Source: Reyranella sp. (GTDB taxonomy: Bacteria > Pseudomonadota > Alphaproteobacteria > Reyranellales > Reyranellaceae). Taken from it: a stretch of DNA of 64,000 nt. Below are positions 20,635-29,234 of the stretch, piece after piece. Positions within the stretch are counted from its first letter, which is position 1. Every line of letters starts with the position of its first letter. The notes beneath the pieces are model-generated. The model saw only the letters and a list, made by a program, of their open reading frames with translations. It was not told the origin of the DNA and searched no databases. The translations under genes and the position numbers were made by a program. Location: the NCBI RefSeq assembly GCF_965249915.1, contig NZ_OZ252257.1:4850276-4914275 (forward strand), written 5' to 3'.

Positions 20635-21942
20635 TCAGCTCGACGTCGTGTCCCAGGCGCCGAGCGTGATCGTGACGGTCGAGCCGTCCGGCACGGTGGC
20701 GCTCTTGGACGGCACGTTCGGGCCGGAATACGGCCCATCCGGGTTCTCGTCCTCGCTGAAGCCGTAGGCGGCATTGGCGATGAAGATCGGCGGATTGCCG
20801 CTGGTGCGACTGTCGTTCCCGTCCGCGTCGGAATAGTGCAGGAACTTGGCGTAGACGTGGCTGACATTGCCGGGCTGGTACCAGTTGTCCGGATTGTTCC
20901 ACGCCGTGGTGCTCTCGCCACCGGTGATCGGTGTCGTCGATACGCCCAGCTGTGCCACCCCACGACACAGCGCTTGCCAGATATTGTCCTGCAGCAGGCC
21001 CTTGTCGGGCGCCGGCGCCACGGTGAAGGCCTGCTGAAAGACATACTGCGCGCCTGCGAAGCCCAACGGGTTGGAATTCAGCGGATTGTCGAATCCGTAG
21101 GTGTTGCTGCCGTTGCTGAACGTGAAGACCTCCGCGCCGACGCTGCCGCTGCAATAGCCGGAATAGATGTTCGGCGCCGCCGGATTGGCGCTGAGGTTGA
21201 TGCTGAGATAGTTGCCGACGGTGAACAAGGCGGCCAGCGTCGTATCCCAGTAGGTCGCCAGCGGATCGTCCGTCGCGGCGGTGTAATTGTCGGTGAGGGC
21301 GTTCAGCATGTCGTTGGGGTCGGAGATGGCGAAGAACTGGCTGTCCACCGACGGCGGCGCGGGCGCGCCGGCGACGTCGAGGGCGCCGTCGTACAGCAGT
21401 TCGGCGAAGGCCTTCGCGGCTGACAGGCTCGCCACCTCGTTCGCAACGAAGGCCGTGTAGGCCGTGCCGATCTCCTTCCGGGTCACCGCGCTCGACACAC
21501 CGAACTGCTGGCCGGCACTGCCGCCCACTGAAAAGCTCAGGTTGAGGCCAAACCCGCTCACCGCGCTGACATCGTCCTGGGCGTTCAGGCCGAACTCGAA
21601 GATGTCGAACGGCCCCGGAGCAGCGATTCCGGGAGCGACCGGGTAGGGATATTGCGTGAATTTCTCGGGTGCCGAGTTCAGTACCTTGAGAGCCGTTGGC
21701 GCGCCCGGCGACACCACGAACAGGAGCTGGTCGTTGCCATTGGTCGCCACGTCGAGCGTCACCGTCGGTATCTTCGACACGGGGTAGAAGGGGACGCTGG
21801 TCGGGATGCCGCCGCCGAACGTGCCGTCGCTCTGCAGCACCTGGAAGGTGGAAGAGCCGCCGTTGATCCAGCCGGCGACATAGGCCTGGGCGACCGACGG
21901 TTCGAGGTTCGTGTTGTCCTGGAGCTTGAACGTCGTCGTCAT
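20635..21942 (-). CDS. hypothetical protein, possibly GH64/thaumatin-like superfamily (beta-1,3-glucanase-like), no signal peptide
   Basis: ATG 21942 preceded by gggag. S/T/N/G/A-rich 435-aa product. By-eye resemblance to the GH64 layout (FKLQDNTN start, FEFGLN...VS.VSGF, YGFSEDE near the C-terminus). Not verified. Confidence 0.6.
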   Translation of the reverse strand: MTTTFKLQDNTNLEPSVAQAYVAGWINGGSSTFQVLQSDGTFGGGIPTSVPFYPVSKIPTVTLDVATNGNDQLLFVVSPGAPTALKVLNSAPEKFTQYPYPVAPGIAAPGPFDIFEFGLNAQDDVSAVSGFGLNLSFSVGGSAGQQFGVSSAVTRKEIGTAYTAFVANEVASLSAAKAFAELLYDGALDVAGAPAPPSVDSQFFAISDPNDMLNALTDNYTAATDDPLATYWDTTLAALFTVGNYLSINLSANPAAPNIYSGYCSGSVGAEVFTFSNGSNTYGFDNPLNSNPLGFAGAQYVFQQAFTVAPAPDKGLLQDNIWQALCRGVAQLGVSTTPITGGESTTAWNNPDNWYQPGNVSHVYAKFLHYSDADGNDSRTSGNPPIFIANAAYGFSEDENPDGPYSGPNVPSKSATVPDGSTVTITLGAWDTTSS

Positions 21943-22095
21943 CACAATGACTCCCAACGCCGGTTTCGCATGACCTGCATCCGCATGCAGAACAGTCACA
22001 GCCTATCAGGCCGGCACTGTGGGGTAGCCCTTCAATTCTGCATTTCTACCGCATGGCACCTGCCGCGCGCTCCACGCCACCCGCCGCCACCCCGA

Positions 22096-22365
22096 TCAGA
22101 GCAGCGGCTCCAGCGCCTCGCGCGTGGTCTTGCCTTCGACCACCGGCACGACCTCGAACTCGACGACCTCCTGCCAGTCGGCGATCCATTTCTGGAACGT
22201 CGTGATGTCGTCGGTGCGCATGAGCTGGAAGCAGCGGCCGAGATCGGCCGTCACGTAGCTCGCCACGAATTCCAGCCCGTCGGGCAGGCCGCGGCCCTTC
22301 TGGAGCTTGCGGTAGACGGCCTTGCCGTCCTGGTTCTTCAACTTCTCGACCACCATGAAGAGCAT
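22096..22365 (-). CDS. DUF3303 family protein
   Basis: 89-aa ORF MLFMVVEKLKNQDGKAVYRKLQ...CFQLMRTDD...VVEFEVVPVV with ATG 22365 preceded by gagggga. The longer ORF extension upstream is antisense to dapB and was rejected. Confidence 0.75.
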   Translation of the reverse strand: MLFMVVEKLKNQDGKAVYRKLQKGRGLPDGLEFVASYVTADLGRCFQLMRTDDITTFQKWIADWQEVVEFEVVPVVEGKTTREALEPLL

Positions 22366-22422
22366 GTGTTCCCCTCGCTTCCGGTCCGTTAGTCTAGGCC
22401 AACCAACGAGAAGAGGAACGAG

Positions 22423-23220
22423 ATGAAGATCGCCGTCGTCGGCGCCTCGGGGCGCATGGGCCAGATGCTGGTCCGCCAGATCGCGCGGACCGAGGGCGTG
22501 ACCCTGGCCGCCGCCAGCGAGAGGCCAGGCTCCAAGGCACTGGGCAAGGATGCGGGTGAGATGGCCGGCATCGAGCCGAACGGCGTGCTGATCGGCGACG
22601 ACAGCGCCGCCGCCATCAGGGCCGCCCAGTGCGTGATCGATTTCACCGTGCCGGAGGCGACCGTAGCGCATGCCAAGGTGGCCAGCGCGAACGGCGTCGC
22701 CATGGTGATCGGCACGACCGGCCTCGATCCCATCCAGACCAAGTTGATCGAGGATGCGGCGACGAAGGTGCCGATCATGTGGGCGGCGAACATGGCGCTG
22801 GGCGTCAACATCCTGCTGGCGCTGGTCGAGAAGACCGCGTCGATGCTGGATCCCAGCTACGACATCGAGGTGCTGGAGATGCACCATCGCCACAAGATCG
22901 ATGCGCCCTCGGGCACCGCGCTGGCACTTGGCCGCGCCGCGGCGGCGGGCCGCAAGGTCCAGCTCGAGGATGTCTGGCGCAAGAGCCGCGACGGCCATAC
23001 CGGCGCACGGCCGAGCGGCGAGATCGGCTTCGCCACCCTGCGCGGCGGCGAGGAGGTGGGCGTCCACACCGTCTACTTCGCGGCCGCCGGCGAACGGCTC
23101 GAACTCAACCACCGCTCCTTCAGCCGCGAGACCTATGCCGCCGGCGCCGTGAAGTCGGCCAAGTGGCTGGAGGACCGGAAGCCCGGCCTGTACGGCATGA
23201 AGGACGTGCTGGGGCTTTAG
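22423..23220 (+). CDS. dapB: 4-hydroxy-tetrahydrodipicolinate reductase
   Basis: 265-aa ORF with MKIAVVGASGRMG Rossmann start and the E(M)HH..K.DAPSGTA motif. Confidence 0.95.
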   Translation: MKIAVVGASGRMGQMLVRQIARTEGVTLAAASERPGSKALGKDAGEMAGIEPNGVLIGDDSAAAIRAAQCVIDFTVPEATVAHAKVASANGVAMVIGTTGLDPIQTKLIEDAATKVPIMWAANMALGVNILLALVEKTASMLDPSYDIEVLEMHHRHKIDAPSGTALALGRAAAAGRKVQLEDVWRKSRDGHTGARPSGEIGFATLRGGEEVGVHTVYFAAAGERLELNHRSFSRETYAAGAVKSAKWLEDRKPGLYGMKDVLGL

Positions 23221-23240
23221 GCGACACCGGACTCAAGTGT

Positions 23241-23272
23241 CCTCTCCGCCACGCAGTGCGCGGGCGGAGAGG
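23241..23272. terminator. stem-loop between convergent dapB and DUF2244 genes (possible bidirectional terminator)
   Basis: cctctccgcc ... ggcggagagg, a 10-bp stem with a 12-nt loop. No clear T-run. Confidence 0.4.
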
Positions 23273-23295
23273 GCATCATTGGCGAAAGTGAAAAC

Positions 23296-23784
23296 CTACT
23301 CGTCCCAGGCGTGGTCGTAACGCGGCGCGCGCATCTCGGCGATGGCGGCCTTGAGCTGGTCGGCGACCCTCAGGCGTTCGTCGGGGCCGAGGAAGCGGCC
23401 GATCACGGCGCGGTTACCTCGGGAGGTAACCACCAGGCGCTCCTCGGTCGCCTCGACCTTCAGCCAGTAGGCATCGAGCCGCAGCTCTTCGCGCTCGCCG
23501 TCGGGCGCGACCCGGACCACCACCAGCTCGCGGTCGGTCAGCAGCAAGGTCTCGCTGCGACGGGCGTCGAAATAGCTGCGCTTGAACAGCCACCACAGGA
23601 GGAAGACGTCGAGGCCCATGAAGCCGAAGACCGGCCAGGCGCCCATGATGAAGAGGGGCAGGCCGATCACCAGGTTGGCGGCGATCGCGCCCAGCATCAC
23701 GAAGCGGAAGCCCTCCGCAGACAGGCTGCGATGGGGCGTCAGCGAGGTGGCGAAATGAACCGCCGGAAGGGGCGCTTCGGTCAT
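23296..23784 (-). CDS. DUF2244 integral membrane protein
   Basis: 162-aa ORF with two TM helices followed by a soluble domain. The sequence pattern is typical of DUF2244. Confidence 0.75.
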   Translation of the reverse strand: MTEAPLPAVHFATSLTPHRSLSAEGFRFVMLGAIAANLVIGLPLFIMGAWPVFGFMGLDVFLLWWLFKRSYFDARRSETLLLTDRELVVVRVAPDGEREELRLDAYWLKVEATEERLVVTSRGNRAVIGRFLGPDERLRVADQLKAAIAEMRAPRYDHAWDE

Positions 23785-24445
23785 GGTAGGAAGCTATATG
23801 GCCCTGATGAAGACCGCCGTCATCCCCGAGTTCTTTGCACGCCTCAAGAAGGCAATGCCGGAGCCCGAGACGGAGCTTGAATACGACAATGTCTACCAGC
23901 TCCTGGTGGCCGTCGTGCTTTCCGCGCAGGCCACCGACGTCGGCGTGAACCGGGCCACCGGGCCGCTTTTCAAGTTCGTGAAGACCCCGGCCCAGATGGT
24001 GGCGCTGGGCGAGGCGAAGTTGATCGACCACATCAAGACGATCGGCCTGTTCCGCACCAAGGCCAAGAACGTGATCGCGTTGAGCCACCTCCTGCTGGAG
24101 CGGCATGGCGGCGAGGTGCCGCGCACGCACGAGGAGCTGGAGGCGCTGCCGGGCGTCGGCCGCAAGACCGCCAACGTGGTGATGAACGTCGCCTATGGCG
24201 AGGCGACCATTGCCGTCGACACCCACATCTTCCGCGTCGGCAACCGCACCGGCCTGGCGCCCGGCAAGAACCCGCTGCAGGTTGAACTGAAACTGCTGAA
24301 GCGCGTGCCCGAGGAATACAAGCTGCACGCCCATCACTGGCTGATCCTGCACGGCCGCTACACCTGCAAGGCGCGCACGCCGCTGTGTCAGGCCTGCGTC
24401 GTGAACGATCTCTGTACCTTCAAGGGGAAGACCGTCGCGGCCTAG
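23783..24445 (+). CDS. nth: endonuclease III
   Basis: HhH-GPD motif (LPGVGRKTANVV) and a C-terminal 4Fe-4S Cys cluster (CKARTPLCQACVVNDLC). Start uncertain (ATG 23783, 23798 or 23807). Confidence 0.93.
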   Translation: MVGSYMALMKTAVIPEFFARLKKAMPEPETELEYDNVYQLLVAVVLSAQATDVGVNRATGPLFKFVKTPAQMVALGEAKLIDHIKTIGLFRTKAKNVIALSHLLLERHGGEVPRTHEELEALPGVGRKTANVVMNVAYGEATIAVDTHIFRVGNRTGLAPGKNPLQVELKLLKRVPEEYKLHAHHWLILHGRYTCKARTPLCQACVVNDLCTFKGKTVAA

Positions 24446-25358
24446 CCTTTCGGGCCGCCTTCGCCCGCTTCCGGGCCGGCGCTGATGCCGCTTCCTTTGC
24501 CTCCTTCACGGCCTCGGCCAACGCCACGGCAAGACGGCCGCCGCGGCGGTCCTGGCGTTCCAGCATCACGATGTTGCGGATGAGCTGCGGTTCGCCGAAG
24601 GGCAGGCAGGTGAGCTTCAGACCGGCGAAGACCTCGTCCGCCACGGCCAGGACGGCGACGCCCAGCCCCTTCTCGACCATGCGCAGGATGATGTCCTGGC
24701 TGTCGAGCACCATCTCCTCGTGGACCTCGACCCGCATCCGCCGCAGCTCGCGATCGATCACGCGGCCGGCCCAGGCCTTGCTGTCGAAGCGGATGAAAGG
24801 CAGCTCGGCCAGCAGGTCGCGGGCACTCCGCCGCCCCTGGCCGGGCGGGGCAAACAGCCAGAAGCGGTCCTGGTAGAGCGGCGTCCAGACGAGGCCGGCC
24901 GGATAGGGCCGTACCGGCTCGGTGGTCAGCGCCGCATCGAGTTCGCCGGCCGCGACCTTCTCCGCCATCTCCGCCGACAGGCCGACCGAGACCGAGACGC
25001 GGGCGCGCGGATGGGCGCGGTTGAGGGCGACCAGCGCATCGGGCAACACGCCGGCCAGCGCGGTCTGCACGGCGCCGACCCGGAGGCGGCCGGCCAGCGA
25101 TCGTTCGTCGCCCAGCGCGGCCGCGATGTCGTCGTACAGCGTGAGCACCTCGGCGGATCGGGCGAGCACGATGCGGCCGGCTTCCGTGAGCACCGGCAGG
25201 CGACGCGCGCGATCGAAGAGGGCGGCGCCGAACTCCTCCTCCAGCGCCTTCACCTGCAGGCTCACGGCGGACTGCGTCAGCCCCACCGCCTTGCCCGCGG
25301 CGGCGAAGGAGCCGTGACGCGCGATGGCCTGGAGCGTGCGGAGGGCGCGAAGCGACAT
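24420..25358 (-). CDS. LysR family transcriptional regulator
   Basis: 312-aa ORF with an N-terminal wHTH (MSLRALRTLQAIARHGSFAAAGKAVGLTQSAVSLQVKALEEE). Divergent from the AEC transporter gene. Confidence 0.9.
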   Translation of the reverse strand: MSLRALRTLQAIARHGSFAAAGKAVGLTQSAVSLQVKALEEEFGAALFDRARRLPVLTEAGRIVLARSAEVLTLYDDIAAALGDERSLAGRLRVGAVQTALAGVLPDALVALNRAHPRARVSVSVGLSAEMAEKVAAGELDAALTTEPVRPYPAGLVWTPLYQDRFWLFAPPGQGRRSARDLLAELPFIRFDSKAWAGRVIDRELRRMRVEVHEEMVLDSQDIILRMVEKGLGVAVLAVADEVFAGLKLTCLPFGEPQLIRNIVMLERQDRRGGRLAVALAEAVKEAKEAASAPARKRAKAARKARPRRSSP

Positions 25359-25363
25359 GCGTT

Positions 25364-25382
25364 CGATGATAAATTGTCATCG
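25364..25382. promoter_or_regulatory. LysR-type T-N11-A box candidate
   Basis: cgatga-taaattg-tcatcg, perfect 6-bp inverted arms with a 7-nt AT-rich spacer. It lies in the divergent LysR/AEC intergenic region. Confidence 0.5.
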
Positions 25383-25439
25383 ATCGGTTGAGTATTAAGA
25401 ATTTTCGCTCGGGGTGCTCGGGGGCGTACAGATCGGGCC

Positions 25440-26366
25440 ATGAGCGCCGACGTGATCCTCGCCCTGCTTCCCATCGTGCTGCTGATCGCACTCGGCATCG
25501 TGCTGCGACGCGTCCGCTTCCTCGCCGACGGCTTCTGGCCGCAGGCGGAACGGCTGAGCTACTACGTGCTGGTCCCGTGCCTCTTCTTCCATAGTCTCGC
25601 GACGGCCAGGCTCGAGGCGCTGCCGGCGCGCGAGCTGGTCTCAACCCTAATCCTCTCCATCCTCGCCGTGTCGGCGCTGCTCGTCGCGCTGCGGCCGGTG
25701 CTTCACGTCGACGGGCCCACCTTCACCTCGATCTTCCAGGGTGGCATCCGCTTCAACAACTATGTCGGCGTGACCCTGGCCGCCGGCCTGTTCGGCACGC
25801 AAGGCCTCGCACTGGCGGCCCTCTGCAGTGCCGCCATCGTGCCCACCGTCAACATCCTCTGCGTGCTGGTCTTCGCCCGTCACGGATCGGCGCGGCTGAG
25901 CGGCCGCGGCATCGCCCGGCAACTCGTGACGAACCCGCTGGTGCTCGGCTCGTTCGCGGGCATCGGCTTTCAACTGCTCGGGCTCACGCTTCCGACCGGG
26001 ATCGAGCCGGCGCTGCGGGCGCTCGGCGCGGCGTCGCTGCCGATCGGCCTGCTCTGCGTCGGCGCCGCTCTCGAATTCCGATCGGTGCGCGGCTGGATCG
26101 CGCCGGTCGCGGCCTCGTCGGCGATCAAGTTCCTGGCCATGCCGGTCGTGACCGTCGCGGTCGCCTGGCTCATGGGCCTGACGGGACCGGCACTCGTCAC
26201 GGCGCTTCTCTTCCAGGCCCTGCCGACCGCGTCTTCGGCCTACATCATGGCGCGCCAGCTCGGCGGCGACGCGCCGCTGATGGCCGGCATTACGGCACTG
26301 CAGACACTCTTTGCGCTCGTCGCGCTGCCGCTGGCCGCAGCCGGGATCGGCGCGCTCGCGGCCTGA
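25440..26366 (+). CDS. AEC (auxin efflux carrier) family transporter
   Basis: 308-aa polytopic membrane ORF with a typical AEC family sequence. Confidence 0.85.
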   Translation: MSADVILALLPIVLLIALGIVLRRVRFLADGFWPQAERLSYYVLVPCLFFHSLATARLEALPARELVSTLILSILAVSALLVALRPVLHVDGPTFTSIFQGGIRFNNYVGVTLAAGLFGTQGLALAALCSAAIVPTVNILCVLVFARHGSARLSGRGIARQLVTNPLVLGSFAGIGFQLLGLTLPTGIEPALRALGAASLPIGLLCVGAALEFRSVRGWIAPVAASSAIKFLAMPVVTVAVAWLMGLTGPALVTALLFQALPTASSAYIMARQLGGDAPLMAGITALQTLFALVALPLAAAGIGALAA

Positions 26367-26369
26367 GCG

Positions 26370-26816
26370 TCAGGCGAGCGCCCGCAGGCCGCGGCGCAGG
26401 GTGCGGCCGTCGGAGGCGGGCAGCAGCCGGTCGATCTCGCCATGCACCTCCACCCAGACCGGCATCGCCGACTGCAGCACCTTGCGGCCGGCCGGCGTGA
26501 GGATGAGCCGGCGCACCCGGCGGTCGGCCGCATCGACCGCGATCTCCACGAAGCCGCGCTGCTCCAGCGGCTTCAGGTTGGCGGTGAGCGTGGTGCGATC
26601 CATCACCAGCAGCGCGGCGATCGAGCCCATCGACGGCGGCTCGGGCTGATTGAGCGAGGTCAGCAGCGAGAACTGGCCGCTGGTGAGACCCAGCGGTGAC
26701 AGAGCTTCGTCGAAGCGACGCGCCAGCGCGCGTGCGGCGCGCTGGGCGGCGAAACACAGGCAGTGGTCGTAGACGTGCAGCGTCGTCTCGAACGAGGCGT
26801 CCAGTTTCTTTGACAT
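26370..26816 (-). CDS. MarR family transcriptional regulator
   Basis: 148-aa ORF with the MarR wHTH core (...LGLTSGQFSLLTSL...DRTTLTANLKPLEQRGFV...DRR). Confidence 0.9.
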   Translation of the reverse strand: MSKKLDASFETTLHVYDHCLCFAAQRAARALARRFDEALSPLGLTSGQFSLLTSLNQPEPPSMGSIAALLVMDRTTLTANLKPLEQRGFVEIAVDAADRRVRRLILTPAGRKVLQSAMPVWVEVHGEIDRLLPASDGRTLRRGLRALA

Positions 26817-26827
26817 GTCGTATTTGC

Positions 26828-26839
26828 GTTGATATCAAC
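26828..26839. promoter_or_regulatory. MarR operator candidate
   Basis: Perfect 12-bp palindrome gttgatatcaac in the MarR/DUF1428 divergent region. A third atcaac half-site lies at 26853-26858. Confidence 0.5.
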
Positions 26840-26872
26840 CTTTCCACTCGAGATCAACCAGCAGGAGGACTC

Positions 26873-27586
26873 ATGGCCTACGTGCAGGGATTTGTTTTGC
26901 CGGTACCGGCCGACAAGAAGGAGGCCTATCGCAAGGCGGCCGCCGACTTCTCGCCGATCGCCAAGGAATTCGGCGCCACCCGCCAGGTCGAGGCCTGGGG
27001 CGACGACGTGCCCGACGGCAAGCTCACCGACTTCAAGGGCGCGGTGAAGGCCAGGCCCGACGAGGTCGTGGTCTTCTCGTGGATCGAATATCCCAGCAAG
27101 GAGGTCGCGGAGGAAGCGCACCGGAAGGTCATGAACGATCCGCGCATGCATGACATGGACATGCCCTTCGACGGACAGCGCATGATCGTCGCCGGCTTCA
27201 CGCCGATCCTCGATGAGGCCGGCGCGAAGGGCGGCAAGACCGGCTACGTCGACGGCTTCCTCGCCGCGGTGCCGACCGCCAACAAACAGGCCTATCTCGA
27301 CATGGCCCGCAAGGCCGCGTCGGTGTTCAGGGACTACGGCGCCGTGCGGATCGTCGAGACCTGGGGCGATGCGGTGCCCGACGGCAAGGTCACCGACTAC
27401 AAGGGCGCGGTGAAGGCCACGCAAGACGAGAAGATCGTCTATTCCTGGGTCGAATGGCCGTCCAAGCAGGTCCGCGACGAGGGCTGGAAGAAGATGATGG
27501 AAGACCAGCGCATGAAGGACCAGCAGATGCCGTTCGACGGCAAGCGCATGATCTATGGCGGCTTCGCGCCCATCCTGGACGTCTGA
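26873..27586 (+). CDS. tandem-duplicated DUF1428 protein
   Basis: ATG 26873 preceded by aggagga. Two complete DUF1428-like halves in one 237-aa ORF (YVQGFVLPVP...MPFDGQRMIVAGF and YVDGFLAAVP...MPFDGKRMIYGGF). Confidence 0.85.
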   Translation: MAYVQGFVLPVPADKKEAYRKAAADFSPIAKEFGATRQVEAWGDDVPDGKLTDFKGAVKARPDEVVVFSWIEYPSKEVAEEAHRKVMNDPRMHDMDMPFDGQRMIVAGFTPILDEAGAKGGKTGYVDGFLAAVPTANKQAYLDMARKAASVFRDYGAVRIVETWGDAVPDGKVTDYKGAVKATQDEKIVYSWVEWPSKQVRDEGWKKMMEDQRMKDQQMPFDGKRMIYGGFAPILDV

Positions 27587-27589
27587 GGA

Positions 27590-28078
27590 ATGGCAATGAC
27601 CGTCGCGAAGAACACGATCTGCATCTGGTTCGACAAGGACGCGGAGGCCGCGGCCCGCTTCTATGCCGCGACCTTTCCCGACAGCGAGGTGACGGCCGTC
27701 CATCGCGCGCCCAGCGACTATCCGTCGGGCAAGAAGGGCGACGTGCTGACCGTGCAGTTCACGGTCTGCGGCATCCCCTGCCTCGGCCTCAATGGCGGGC
27801 CGGTGTTCAAGCAGACCGAAGCCTTCTCGTTCCAGATCGCCACCGACGACCAGGAAGAGACCGACCGCTACTGGAACGCCATCGTCGGCAATGGCGGCCA
27901 GGAAAGCGCCTGCGGCTGGTGCAAGGACCGATGGGGCCTGTCATGGCAGATCACGCCGCGCGTGCTCACCGAGGCGATGGCGGCCGGCGGCGAGGAGGCG
28001 AAGCGCGCCTTCGAGGCGATGATGGGCATGAAGAAGATCGACGTCGCCAGGATCGAGGCGGCGCGTCGAGGCAAGTAA
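27590..28078 (+). CDS. VOC/PhnB-like protein (3-demethylubiquinone-9 3-methyltransferase domain family)
   Basis: 162-aa ORF with family hallmarks (...TVCGIPCLGLNGGP.F...FSFQI...DRYWNAI...CGWCKDRWGLSWQI). Confidence 0.8.
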   Translation: MAMTVAKNTICIWFDKDAEAAARFYAATFPDSEVTAVHRAPSDYPSGKKGDVLTVQFTVCGIPCLGLNGGPVFKQTEAFSFQIATDDQEETDRYWNAIVGNGGQESACGWCKDRWGLSWQITPRVLTEAMAAGGEEAKRAFEAMMGMKKIDVARIEAARRGK

Positions 28079-28098
28079 GCCATCACTTCAAACAATAT

Positions 28099-28110
28099 CC
28101 TCACCCTGAG
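28099..28110. repeat. REP1 copy, left fragment split off by the IS110 insertion
   Basis: cctcaccctgag is identical to the first 12 nt of the intact copies. The rest of the copy resumes at 29235. Confidence 0.7.
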
Positions 28111-28125
28111 CGACCGTCGTGTTGG

Positions 28126-29049
28126 TCAAGCGTTTGCCCATTGTTTTCTGTCCCTGAGGATGGCGTTGAGGATGGTCACGAGCTTGCGCATGCAAGCGAC
28201 GATGGCGACCTTTGCCGGCTTTCCTGCGGCGCGCAGGCGATGATAGGTCAGCGCCAAGGGCAGCTTGCGGCGGATGGAGACGAGGATGCTCATGTAGAGG
28301 GCAGCCCGTACGACGGGTCGTCCTCCCGCGATGGTACGGCGGCCACGCAAGGTGCCGCTGTCGCGATTGAACGGGGCGACGCCGGTCAGGGAAGCAATCT
28401 CGCGTCGGCCGAGACGGCCCAGTTCAGGCAGTTCGGCGATCAGGGTGCGGGCGATCCTGGGCCCGATGCCGGGAACGCTGATCAGAAGGTCCTCCGCTTC
28501 CCGCCAGGTCGGTGTTCCCCGGACGGCGGTGTCGATGTCGTCGTCGATCTGTTCGAGCTGGGCCTTCAAGGTGGCAAGCACGCGATCGACGCTCTTGAGG
28601 GTGCGTCGAACTGTGAGCATGCGCCGGCGATTGCTCTCGGCCCCGATCATCTCGACGAGCTGACGGCGGCGGGCCATCAGTTCGCCCAACAGTCTGGACT
28701 GCTCGTCAGCGAGCGGTCGCGCCGGTGGGTTCACCGCCTCGGCGAAGTGGGCGATGACAGCGGCATCCAGCGCATCGGTCTTGGCCAGCCGTGCGGTGGC
28801 CCGGGCGAAGTCTCGGATCTGCCGTGGATTGACGACCGCCACGGGCAGGCCCGCCGCGCCCAGGCCTGCCGCCACGATCGTCTCGAAGCCACCGGTTGCT
28901 TCGAGCACGATCAGAGCAGGTGCCATTTTACTCAGCCGCCCAATCAGGTCCTCGATGCCTTCTCCGTTGCGGGCAACGGTGAAGGCCTCGCCGGCGGGGC
29001 GCACATGAACATCCAGGCGCTCTTTCGCCACATCGATACCTACGAACAT
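28126..29049 (-). CDS. IS110 family transposase (DEDD RuvC-like domain plus Tnp Ser domain recombinase)
   Basis: ATG 29049. MFVGIDVAKERLDVHV..., LEATGG, AKTDALDA and the C-terminal ISVPGIGP and FNRDSG motifs. The upstream ORF extension runs into REP DNA and was rejected. Confidence 0.9.
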   Translation of the reverse strand: MFVGIDVAKERLDVHVRPAGEAFTVARNGEGIEDLIGRLSKMAPALIVLEATGGFETIVAAGLGAAGLPVAVVNPRQIRDFARATARLAKTDALDAAVIAHFAEAVNPPARPLADEQSRLLGELMARRRQLVEMIGAESNRRRMLTVRRTLKSVDRVLATLKAQLEQIDDDIDTAVRGTPTWREAEDLLISVPGIGPRIARTLIAELPELGRLGRREIASLTGVAPFNRDSGTLRGRRTIAGGRPVVRAALYMSILVSIRRKLPLALTYHRLRAAGKPAKVAIVACMRKLVTILNAILRDRKQWANA

Positions 29050-29234
29050 GGATCTTGGCTCCCATCCTTGCGCATGCGGGCTCGCGGTTCGGCCCAGGCG
29101 ACCGTTCGGGATCACAAAATCAACGGTGGAGGCGCCGAGCTCAGGGACGGGCTTGGAGGCCCCAGGAGCCTGCGGGCTCTCCACCGAGACCGCACCTGCA
29201 ACTCTACGCCGGCGCGGCCGTGTCTTGATACAAG
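29050..29234 (-). ncRNA. candidate IS110 bridge RNA locus (5' non-coding end of the element)
   Basis: 185-nt non-coding left end, in the position and size range where IS110-group elements encode bridge RNA. It contains a 7-nt match to the target flank. Structure not verified. Confidence 0.35.

Larger units (their letters stand above)
28111..29234 (-). mobile_element. IS110-family insertion sequence (IS110 group), about 1.12 kb, inserted in a REP1 element
   Basis: The flanks rejoin to form a complete REP1. CT (element orientation) is present at both junctions. Single recombinase ORF. Almost all non-coding DNA is 5' of the ORF and no obvious terminal inverted repeats were seen. Confidence 0.85.

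Noticed and set aside
22096-23112. 338-aa minus-strand ORF
   Set aside because: Only the last 89 codons (DUF3303, from ATG 22365 with an RBS) look real. The upstream part is antisense to dapB.
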